From Epithemia pelagica (taxonomy: Eukaryota; Protista; Bacillariophyta), in the NCBI GenBank assembly GCA_946965045.2, contig OX337237.1:3369039-3433038 (forward strand): DNA of 64,000 nt, read 5' to 3'. Below, one piece after another: positions 23,196 to 33,968 of the stretch. Every line of letters begins with the position of its first letter. Positions within the stretch are counted from its first letter, which is position 1. The notes below the pieces were generated by a model. The model did no database searches, was not told the origin of the DNA, and was given only the letters and a program-made list of their open reading frames with translations. Both the position numbers and the translations under genes were made by a program.

Positions 23196-24665
23196 CAGTA
23201 CAAATATGTAGCGGTTATGAACCGGGTGGTGGGTTTTATTAGTACTAGCAGTCAGTATATCATCTTTTGTCGCTAGAGTGTTCTTTATTCAGAAAGAGCG
23301 TTCGGTAACTCCTATAGGTCACAGTCAGTATCTGACTGGTAAGGTAGCGACCTGCTCAGGATTACCCCATCTCCCAGGAATGGCTCGTGGGCACGCCGAC
23401 CGAGACGAGCATTGTCACTCTATCGTATATCCAATTCGAATCGACAGAGGCTCTCGTCGCCAAAAGACGACCACTCTAATAGAATCTACTGCTACACTCG
23501 ATGGGAAACCATGGAATTGCAACTTTTGAGACTCTGGTAGTGACGAGGCATCTACTTGTCTTCTTCCTTTTCTTGGTGATAGACTACGAGAGTATATTCA
23601 AGAGTATCAACGAGATTGTCACAAAGATTGGCTGGAAGGAAAAAACGAGAAGGCGCTTCGACAACGACCATTCCACAACAGAGGCACCGAGATGGTCGAC
23701 GGCCGCATGGTACTAGAATGACTCCCCCAAAGCCACATGGTGGCCACCTTTTCGTGGGACCCACCAACACATTGATGTTCTGCTACTAGAGGGGATTGGA
23801 AACAACAGACAATGAGCGCATCCTGCCATTCTTGTTATACGACTCGAGAGGATAACGGAGGAGCACATTCCAATCGATATACTGCTACTTCCCATGGGCG
23901 CTTGGCAAAGCTCGAACAATGGCGGAAACTAGAGACGACGGAATGACGAACATGTCCGCAATCAATGCAGCCGCAGTAATGGGTGTAGCAGCGGCAGCAC
24001 CGAAGATGCAGAAACGTTGCGATGTGTCATTCCTCATCCACAAAACTTCCCCTATAAGCTTGCTCCTACGGCTAAAAAGCTTCGAGATGGTCTGCCCAAG
24101 CCCGTGGGCAATCATGGTTTGCAATAAGACTCTCGATCGACTAAGTGGTCCCAGCAGTTGGTCGTCTTCCCCACAACATCCTAACATTCATCCTCAGAGT
24201 GAGGGAAGATCCGCAATGAGGGGTACATGGAATCTCTTGTTTCGTGTAATGCACATCACCATCTCATGTGTGTGGTTGTCGAAAGCAAAGGCTCGGATTG
24301 CAAGGAGATCCTCTTGTCATGAGCTCCCACGAAGAACCTATGGATACAACACAGGGAAAGAGAGAAATAGATGGAAACCATACATATCAGTGGTTGTCTT
24401 TCTCGCCATGAGGATTATTTCGATATCCAAAAACTCTCATGGAACTCCAAACAAGAATGCGTGATCTTCTTCATTGCGTGGCTATTGTCACGATTTGATG
24501 TCTCGTGACGAAAGCTCCTACCCCTCTTTGGTCCATCCATTTCGTGCAGTCAGTCGTGCTTCCAGTCCGCACCCATCAGCATCACAACAGCAGAGCAAAA
24601 CCACTAACCACTTAGCATACAGTGTCTCGATCCCCATAAATTCTGCAGTGGAAACGTTTGCAACC

Positions 24666-26288
24666 ATGGCCACCACACTGCAAGAACAAGCGTGGCAGTC
24701 GGGCCTTGTCCTTTCGGATGAGGCACCTCAATGGAATGAAAATGATTGGCCTCCTCTCGAGGGTGGATGGCGCGACGAACATGCTACAGTCGTACTAGAT
24801 CATCCCGATACGGACAACGACAACGACAACAAGAGACAAACCGTCGTCGTGTTGGGTGGATACCAAGCAGGTCAGGGCAGTCTCGATTCCATTCTTGTAT
24901 TGAACGTGGCAGCGCCGGACAAGCACTGGCGAGAAGGGCCATCAATGAACAAGAGTCGTCGAGGACATGCCGCTGTTGGGTGCAACGGAGGCGTCTACGT
25001 GATAGGAGGAAACAATGGAAGATCATATTTAGATTGTATCGAACGAATTGACATAAAGAATTTGCTGCATTCACCTTTAACAACAAGCAACAAACATGAG
25101 AGGCATTGGACGAGATTGACATGTCGCTTATCAACGAGACGATCAGGATGTTGTGCTGTTGCGGTTCACAACCGATACATTGTTGTAATGGGTGGATGGG
25201 ATGGAAGGCAAAGGTTGTCGTCAGTGGATATTATTGATACCAGGAACCACACCGTCACTGTGGGACCAAGCATGACTGTTCCACGACGATTTTGTACCAG
25301 CGCGGTTATTGGTCACCGCATCTTTGACGTTGGAGGCCATGGCGAGCATGGCAATGTTGACTCGGTGGAGTAGTAAGACTACTTCACGGTGTTTCAGTCC
25401 TTTAGAGGAGGGTCGCCCGGCGCGGAGGGTAGAATGACGAGGAGGGCATATGTTCGAGGAGGGCGCATGCCCGACAAGACATATGCCCGTCGAGTCATTC
25501 TCCCGACAAGCCGGGCGCCCGACGAGGAAGGAGTGAGAAAACACAGGGGAGTAATCTGCTTACTTTATATCTAGATGTGTAGGTAGTGACTACCGCCCGG
25601 TTTTATTACGAGTTGGGATGTCGCAACGACATAATTTTCCTCACACGGTTCACCCATGATGTCGCGCGAATCGCACGATTACTACTTCCCGGCTCTACAA
25701 TAAAATTCTACTGTAAAATAAAAATGTGAGACGAACTACCTGCATATCTAGGTATAGAGTTACTTGGACTATACAACACCCTGGGACAATCATGAGACAA
25801 AGGAGCAAACTGGCTCGATATTCATTTCTTTCTCACCCACCTGGACCACTCAGTCGGAGTTGAGGCTTTCCAATGCACGAAGTTCTTGTGCAGTGGTTGC
25901 CGTGGGATCTTGTTTGGTTGTGGCGGGAGGATGGGGTTCAACCGTGGAAGTCTTGGATATTCACCGCAACCGCATGTGGAATCTCCCACCATTCGTGAAT
26001 CACCGCAATTGCTGCAGTATGGTGGCTGTTGCAAATCAAGTTGCCGTGATTGGTGGATGGGACAATCCTTCCCGTGCGACATTACCACTTCTGGATAGGA
26101 ATTCGTGGTGTTTTCGTCGACTCTGTGAGCAGCAGCCCAATCGATGGTATCATTCCCTCGAAAGTTTGGGTATCCGAGATGATGATATCTCACCCTTCTC
26201 CACATCGACATTAGCTTGTAAACGCGCAAGGTCCGATACTCACCGTGGTGATGAAGGGACGGATGAAAACCTAGACGTTTTGTTATAA
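24666..26288 (+). pseudogene. Kelch copy K3, interrupted by a 388-bp insertion
   Basis: Removing 25373-25762 restores gtg gag tac ttg gac (VEYLD) and joins ORF 24474-25373 to ORF 25764-26288 in frame. Confidence 0.9.
25373..25760 (+). mobile_element. Non-autonomous TA-flanked element without TIRs (short copy)
   Basis: TA at 25371-72 and 25761-62; both ends homologous to 46848-47634 in reverse orientation; internal direct repeat CTACTTCMCGG near both ends. Confidence 0.8.
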
Positions 26289-27689
26289 GTCATTGACTTG
26301 TTTTCTATGTTCGATTGCAATCCTAGAACCTAGTTAGTGTTTACTCAAAAGTAGAAAGAACATGTTGCAAGATAGAATGTGCTTGTTTGTTGTCAAAGGC
26401 ATGGAAGGAACGATCCGACTTGTGTGTGTCTACGAGTGGTACTACGCCTTGGCCATGACCTTGTGGTGGTATCATGGCACTTCTTTACACGGCACAACGT
26501 CATCTATGGGTAGCTGTGGTAGCTAGGGCAAGAACCGACTGTGCTGTATTCCAAAAAGTTCTCAAATTGGCTTTGTTTCAATTTTCTAGAGTTTGATGAA
26601 TCTGACAAAAGGACGAAACAGGTGGATCCAAAAGTCCGATGATGAGAGGATCAGGAGCAGAAGCACGACAAGGCAAAACTTTGTTGGACTGGATGAGGCC
26701 CGCTTCTGATGGTTCGATTTTTGGATGGAAGTAAGGAGGGAGGACCGTGTCATGTCCAATCCCGACACGATAACCAAGAACAGTGTCCCTTTCGGAGGAG
26801 TCACCATGCGACCGAATGTGTTCGATTCTTCAGCATCAAGTTTCCTGCTTCCATGGTGGATCGGCGGAACCCTACGTCCAGAGACGTATACCGCAACCCT
26901 TTTTGCAAGACCCTCTTGGCTACGATCGAACAGCCCACGTTGTCTCCTGCGAATGGAATTTCGTCTCGTCAGGAGGACAGTTGCAACAAGGACAGTGAAG
27001 TCCAAGAGGAACCCACCAAATCGGATCGGTCGTGCCAAGTGTCACAATGGACCAGCACGACAACAAGGAATCCAGCCTTGTCGTTGACACACCACAACCT
27101 CCCGAACTACCAACGCAGCAACAAAGAAGAAGGCCCTCATTGTTCTTCCTCCAAATGAACGAAACTGATGGTATCATTGTCGTGGAACCAACTGTGTTGA
27201 ACTCCGTCTTGGAAGTTGGACTTTGTGGGCACTTTCGTGCCATGGACGACGACGAGTCAGGAAACATCCACCACCACTATGACACGGAATGGATTCAAAT
27301 CCCTTGCAGAGACCACGTTGTGTTGGTATTGTTGTTGCTCCTGCCGTCCTTCATTCTCTCTTTCGAAGAGAACAGCACCACTCCCATAGCTCGAATTCGG
27401 TACACTTAGTCAACGAAGAAAATATGATGATCATGCGCCGTCTTGTCCATCTTTCTTGTTTTGCTGGATCTATGAATTCGAATCTGCTGTTTTGTTCTGT
27501 CATGCATTATATGTGCGACCCACTCTTGCCCAAGATTGCGTACCCACGACAGACATTCTGGCTCAAATGCTTCCACGCGTAGTTCAGAAAATTTTGAGTT
27601 GATGTTCCATCAGTCCGCATCCATCAGCATCAAAAAACTGATGCCTTTCGATCATCCTCATAAATTCGCTGCTGTCATTGTGTGGAACC

Positions 27690-28784
27690 ATGACCACGGC
27701 ACTGAAAGAACATGCATGGCAGTCGGGCCTTGTCCTTTCAGACGGGACAGCAGAATGGAATGAGAACAACTGGCCTCCTCTTATGGGTGGATGGCGTTAT
27801 CGTCATGCTACGGTTGTACTAAATCATCCCGATACGGACGGCAACGACAACAACCCGAACAGACAAACCGTCGTCGTGATGGGAGGACGTCAACAAGATC
27901 AAGGCTATACCAAGTCCGTGCTTGTATTGAATTTAGCAGACCCAAACAAACAGTGGCGAGAAGGGCCATCCATGAACAAGGCACGTTATGGACATGCAAG
28001 TGTTGTGTGCAATGGAGGTGTCTACGTGATGGGAGGATACTCTGAAGGTTCATGTTTGAATTGTATCGAACGAATTGACGTAAACGATTTGCTGCAATCA
28101 CCTTTAACAACCAGCAACAAACATGACAGGCATTGGACGACATTGACATGTCGCTTATCAACGAGACGATCAGGATGTGGTGCTGTTGCGGTTCACAACC
28201 GATACATTGTTGTAATGGGTGGCTACAACGATCGCTTTTTGTCGTCGGTGGATATTATTGATACCAGGAACCACACTGTCACTCCGGGGCCAAGCATGGC
28301 TGTTCCTCGATCATTTTGTGCCAGTGCGGTCATTGGACACCGCATCTTTGTCGTTGCAGGCCAAAACGAGAGTGACTATCTTGACTCGGTGGAGTATTTG
28401 GACTACGCAACACCCTGTGACAATGATGAGACAGAAAAGGAAACTGGCTCGACGTTCATTTCTTTCTCACCCACCTGGATCACTCATTCTGATTTGGCGC
28501 TTTCCAATGCACGAGGTTCTTGTGCAATGGTTGCCGTGGGATCCTGTCTGGTTGTGGCGGGAGGATGGCACAGTTCAAACGTGGAAGTCTTGGATACGCA
28601 CCACAACCGCGTGTGGAATCTCCCACCATTCGGAATTAACCGTGACGACCTTAGTATAGTGTCTGTTGCCAACCAGGTAGCCGCGATTGGTGGATGGGAG
28701 AATCATTCCTGTGCAACATTGCCACTCATGGATAGGAATTCGTGGTGTTTTCGTCGACTCTGTGAGCAGCAGCTCAACGGATAG
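27690..28784 (+). CDS. Kelch copy K4 (364 aa, intact)
   Basis: Six blades; ends WCFRRLCEQQLNG. Confidence 0.92.
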   Translation: MTTALKEHAWQSGLVLSDGTAEWNENNWPPLMGGWRYRHATVVLNHPDTDGNDNNPNRQTVVVMGGRQQDQGYTKSVLVLNLADPNKQWREGPSMNKARYGHASVVCNGGVYVMGGYSEGSCLNCIERIDVNDLLQSPLTTSNKHDRHWTTLTCRLSTRRSGCGAVAVHNRYIVVMGGYNDRFLSSVDIIDTRNHTVTPGPSMAVPRSFCASAVIGHRIFVVAGQNESDYLDSVEYLDYATPCDNDETEKETGSTFISFSPTWITHSDLALSNARGSCAMVAVGSCLVVAGGWHSSNVEVLDTHHNRVWNLPPFGINRDDLSIVSVANQVAAIGGWENHSCATLPLMDRNSWCFRRLCEQQLNG

Positions 28785-28894
28785 TATCGTTTTCGGGATG
28801 GAATGGATATCGGACATGCTCATATTTCACCCTTCTGTTTTCGTCGACTCTGTGAGCAGCAGCTCAACGGATTGTATCATTTTCGGGATGGAAT
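28746..28894 (+). repeat. 90-bp-period tandem duplication of the Kelch 3' end; same junction after K6 (37255 / 37345)
   Basis: tgttttcgtcgactctgtgagcagcag occurs at 28746 and 28836, and at 37255 and 37345. Confidence 0.9.
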
Positions 28895-31275
28895 GCACCC
28901 TTCTCCTTCTCGACATCGGCTCGTAAACGAGCAAGGCCCGATACACGCCATGGTGATGAAGGCAGGGATGAAACTTGAAGTGGGCATCACGTTGCATTAT
29001 TATCCTACAATGGTGAAACTATCAAATAATCATTTGATCTCAAACAGTTTTCTTATTATCTGATACCTGTGGAATTATCATGTGAGTCCTTATAGTAGAA
29101 ATGGCATGTACGGGAAAACTTCACTGTTCCAAAACGACAAAACAATGTCATGGATTCTGCAGAGTTTTGCTCTGTGTTGAGTACTATTCTTGTCGTATTG
29201 TTGAGTACTTTGGCAGTCCCTGCGGTGTTTCTCCGTGGCAAGTAATACTCCCTTGCACCACCCGTTTCCATCCTTGGAATGCATAGTTTCCCTTTCATAA
29301 CAGGGAGTGACTGTGGAGACAGACAGAGGCGCGCTATCGGAGCTTCCTGATCTAACCAAGCATCAATGACGGTGAGCGTTTGCTGTGGCTACGGTTGATT
29401 GTTTTCTTGCCTTGAGAAAGTGGTGGCCGGAACCGAGGTCGATGGTTCGGACGTCAATGGCAAAAAGGGTTTTGGGTAAGTACACGTCTGGGAGACCATG
29501 TTGTGTGGGACTGTCTGAACAACAAGTATGTCCCCGAGCGAGTGGAATTCAACACCAAGACCAAGAAATGGACATGTGCACCATGGCCAAATCGGACGTA
29601 AGGTCATCGAGACGTTTCACCTTGAGCATGACAAACTCAAAAGGATAGGTGATGATTGTCAGTTAGAACCCAAAAACGCGCGGCGGAACCTGACCAACTA
29701 GACTACCAAATGTGAGATATTGTCCATCTTGCTTCTGTGCGGGTAAACAGAGCGGTGTAGCATCCCAATTCCCGAGTGGCGCAAAGTCTTCAATGGCATT
29801 CAATCCTGCCGTCTTTTTCAATCAATGCGCGGCGACTATATAGCATACTCTCCAGGGTTTGGAAGTCGCTGCTGTCGAATCCTTTCCATAATCGCACAAG
29901 AGCGTGTGGAAGCGGCGAGCACGATATGTTTCCAAACGTTCAGCATCGTCTTGGAAGATGATCAATGGTTGAAAAAGATACCGACACAGAAGAACCAAGG
30001 TCACACCCGTCCAACGAGCAAGGGTAGCTTGAGAGGTCACTATTACATTACCGCTCCGACCTCACTGAAAGGAAATTCGTGCCTTTGTCCGCTCTTGTAC
30101 ACAACGTCTTGTTGTGGTTGTTCTTCCTCATGGTTGTCCCACAAAGATCGAATGCTGACACCCGGACGAATACTGGTGGGAGGTGGACAGTGTGGAGCGA
30201 CACACGAGATCAAAACAATTGAATTGATCAGCGTTCGAACGAATCGGTGCCGTGGTCTGCAAGCCTGAATGACGGATGCGAAAGGCATGGAATTGTTCTG
30301 TAGGGGAATTGTCAGTGGTGGCCAGTACACAGGTGGAGGCCAAAAGCCACCAGAACAAGAACGACCAGAACAACGAGTTGCACCAAAGCCCACGAATCGG
30401 ACAATGCTTCATCACCACCATCATCCTGCTTTCCCTGTTTCTTGGTTCGAACGAGACTGCGACAACCCCACAGTCAATTCGAAACAACAACCACAAGACA
30501 ATGATGATAATGACGACGACGCCAGACAGTGCTGTTTGGCTGCATCAATTTGTTCCATTTCATTCCAGTGTTTTTGTTTGGTTTCGTGGTGAGCCCAACG
30601 AGAAACGAGAAATGCGTCACATCCTCCCCAACGTTTGCTAGTGTCCTCACAATTGCCTATTTAATGTCTGGTTGGGAATGGACTGAGCTTTCATGTTCGT
30701 GGCTGTGGCCGATTCGGAAGCGAAAGGAGCCTCTAGCTAGAGTTGCTAGGTACTCCTCATGCTAGATCTAGTGAACAGTGGGCCAGAGTAGGTAGTCGCG
30801 ATTGGCATCTTCGTATGTACCGCCCAAAGGACTCCTACAAGTATATTCGGGATGTAGGCAACCCGCAACCTCCCACCACAGGGTCGGGTCGACTCGCCCG
30901 GATGCGCATATGCTGGAACCACACAAGACGAAGGAACGTGTCGGTCGCGTTCTTGTGGGCCAGAATGGACAGCAGTGTGGGCGACAACCAGGAAGGTACT
31001 ACTTGCCACCCGACCTGTTTCAAGCAGTTGTTGTGACACTGTACATTGTCGAACGTGTGTATTGTATGCTTGTGTGTTGGAGTTCCGGACCAACACTTTT
31101 TGTGCGCAGGAGGAGTATTCGACGGGCAAGATGTGGCATCCCTCTAGTATTTTAGTGGCTGTCCCTGGACAGCCTGAAACCAACAATCGCTCCACATGTG
31201 GCGCAAAAATAGCCCCAGCATCGTCGTCCCATCCCAACCACACCAGGAACCCATGTCCTTGACACTCTGGATCGT

Positions 31276-31328
31276 CCACTCGCACTACCAACGGTTGAAA
31301 CTCCCACTCGCACTACCAACGGTTGAAA
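31276..31328 (+). repeat. 28-bp-period tandem duplication inside an unexplained segment
   Basis: ccactcgcactaccaacggttgaaa at 31276 and 31304. Confidence 0.85.
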
Positions 31329-32777
31329 ATCTTCTCAAGACGCGTTTGTTTGCGGTCCTCCCAGAGATGTAGTCTCCCACGGTTGCCGCCAATCGGGATA
31401 GATGCGGTGCGCAAGAGTCGTCGACACTCTTGTCCCACCAATAAGAGTAGTAGTCTCGCAAGGCTCGTTTCACAGACCAAGCTCGTTCGGGTGGTGGTTG
31501 GCGCATACACAAATCACAAATCCGTGGGTACCGAAAATATCCCAAAGACATTAGCTTTCCGCACGTATAGGAGGAGCCTGTTTCAAGAAATGATACCAAA
31601 TGGTCTTGTTGAAGTCATGAATTGTATCACTCTCCGTTTGTCGAATTCCAATTCCTGATTGTGTGGATTGGAGGATCCCATGAGTTTGGGAGGAGGCGTA
31701 ATGATGGATTCCACCATTAGGGATGACAGATACTCGTCACGTGACACTGTGTCATGAGACACCAAGCTTCCATGGCTTGTATGGGTAAGCCGACTACCAA
31801 AGGAGAACGAGTAGTGGTAGTTGGTGATAAGGAGGATGTTTTTGTTGTTGCCGAATAGGAAATAGAGGTGGTTGCCCTTTTGTCGTGCGTCAATCAGGAT
31901 CTCCGTCTTTTTGCTGCTCATAGACGACCGGAAACAAGACGAGCAAACGGAGAAGGATAACCACGCGAACGTTTCATGACACGGAATGGATTCGAATCCC
32001 TTGCAGAGACCACGTGATGTTGGTAGTGTTGTTGCTGCTGTCTCCTTTGTTCTCTCTTTCTTTGAGAGCTCTATTAATAGGAGAGGTTGGTAGTTAGTTG
32101 GTAGAGAGTCCATTTGTTTGAAACAGTGGCCGACACCCCCTCTGTTTTTCTGTGTGGCCCAACAAAAGTGACATTTTTCAATTGTCAAGATTGTGAATGT
32201 ATCAGGCGGTCGTCCGGGCTACACGGTTCCTTTTGGCACAAAACTCTTGAAGTGATACCACCACCAACCACGTTCTGAGAATGATACTGCAAGCTGGTCA
32301 CATTGCCAAAAGCATCATCGTGCCATCTCGATTCCAAATGTTGTAATCGCTTGAAGGTCAGCCTGCGCTCCAAGCCGCGGTTGACTGCTGTGCCGCAATT
32401 CTAACCGATGGCGAAATTCGTCAACGGGCCGGGTCCCCTTGACAAGCGCGGCTGTCATCAAGGCTAGAGCTCCATTCACAAAAGAGAACTGCACCACTCC
32501 CATAGCTCGAATTGCGCCACCTTGTCCATCTTTCTGTTGTGTTGTTGGATCTCAGATCGAATCTTATTTTTTGCCAAAAGATCCTGTGGCTGTGGTGCTG
32601 TCATGCATACTATGTGCGACTCGATACATACGACAGACACTCTATCTCAACTGCTTCCACGCGTAGCTCTGAAAATTTGGGTCGTACCATCTTTCCGCAC
32701 CCATCAGCATATCTCAAAATTGCCTTTGGATGATCTGTGCTATCTTCATAAATTCGCTGCAGTCATTGTGTGAAACC

Positions 32778-33968
32778 ATGACAACGACACATAAAGAACA
32801 AGCATGGCAGTCGGGCCTTGTCCTTTTGGAAGAGACACCTGAATGGAATTTCGAGGACTGGCCTCCTCTTGAGGGTGGATGGCGTGTAGAGCATACTTCA
32901 GTCGTACTGAATCATCCCAATAACAACAAGGAACAAACCGTCGTCGTGTTGGGCGGATATCGAACAGGTCACGGCGAGGTCAATTCCATTCTTGTATTAA
33001 ATATGGCAGACCCAGACAAGCAGTGGCGAGAAGTTCCGCCAATGAACAAGAAACGTTGTGGACATGCCGCTGCTGTGTGCAATGGCGGCGTCTACGTAAT
33101 GGGAGGACGTCATCGAAATTCAATTTGGGATTGTATCGAAAGAATCGATTCCAATGATTTGCTACAATCATCCCCAACAACAACCACCACGCATGAGAGT
33201 CATTGGACGACATTAACATGTCGATTATCAACCGGACGACCAGGATGTTGTGCTGTTGCGGTTCACAACCGATACATCGTTGTAATGGGCGGCTACAACG
33301 ATGATTATTTGTCGTCGGTGGACATTATTGATACAAGGAACCACACTGTCACTGCGGGACCATCCATGAACATTCCTCGATTTGAATGTGCCAGTGCGGT
33401 CATTGGTCACCGCATCTTTGTCGTTGGAGGTCGTAACAAGCATGGCAATCTTGACTCGGTGGAGTATTTGGACTTTGCAGAGGAGAGAAAAGACGGAACT
33501 TTGTCTACAGCTATTTGCTTCTCGTCCAGTTGGATCACTCATTCTGAGTTGGTGCTTTCCAATGTACGAAGTTCTTGTGCAGTGGTTGCCGCGGGATCCT
33601 GTCTTGTTGTGGCTGAAGTAGGATGGGACAATTCAACCGTGGAAGTGTTGGATACGCACCGCAACCGCGTTTGGAATCTCCCACCACTCGGATATCACTG
33701 CGTTGACTGTAGTATGGTGACTGTTGCCAATCAAGTTGCCGTGATTGGTGGTGGATTCAATCCTACCTGTGCGACATTGTTACTACTGGACAAGAATTCA
33801 TGGTGTTTTCGACAACTCTGTGAGCATCAATTGAATGGATGGCATCATTCTCTTGAAGGTGCGGATATCCGAGATGAAGATATCTCACCATTCTTCACAT
33901 CGACATCAACTCGTTTAACGTCAGCGTCCAGTACCCACCGTGGTGATGAAGGGAAGGATGAAGCCTAG
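32778..33968 (+). CDS. Kelch copy K5 (396 aa, intact)
   Basis: Six blades, WCFRQLCEHQL and a C-terminal tail. Confidence 0.92.
   Translation: MTTTHKEQAWQSGLVLLEETPEWNFEDWPPLEGGWRVEHTSVVLNHPNNNKEQTVVVLGGYRTGHGEVNSILVLNMADPDKQWREVPPMNKKRCGHAAAVCNGGVYVMGGRHRNSIWDCIERIDSNDLLQSSPTTTTTHESHWTTLTCRLSTGRPGCCAVAVHNRYIVVMGGYNDDYLSSVDIIDTRNHTVTAGPSMNIPRFECASAVIGHRIFVVGGRNKHGNLDSVEYLDFAEERKDGTLSTAICFSSSWITHSELVLSNVRSSCAVVAAGSCLVVAEVGWDNSTVEVLDTHRNRVWNLPPLGYHCVDCSMVTVANQVAVIGGGFNPTCATLLLLDKNSWCFRQLCEHQLNGWHHSLEGADIRDEDISPFFTSTSTRLTSASSTHRGDEGKDEA

Larger units (their letters stand above)
20205..23377 (+). mobile_element. PIF/Harbinger transposon with two divergent genes, decayed
   Basis: 32-bp imperfect TIRs with 30/32 matches (20205-20236 and 23346-23377); transposase plus accessory gene. 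No clean TSD. Confidence 0.88.

Noticed and set aside
29689-29707. tRNA A-box-like sequence on the minus strand (GGTAGTCTAGTTGGTCAGG)
   Set aside because: No B-box or cloverleaf follows.
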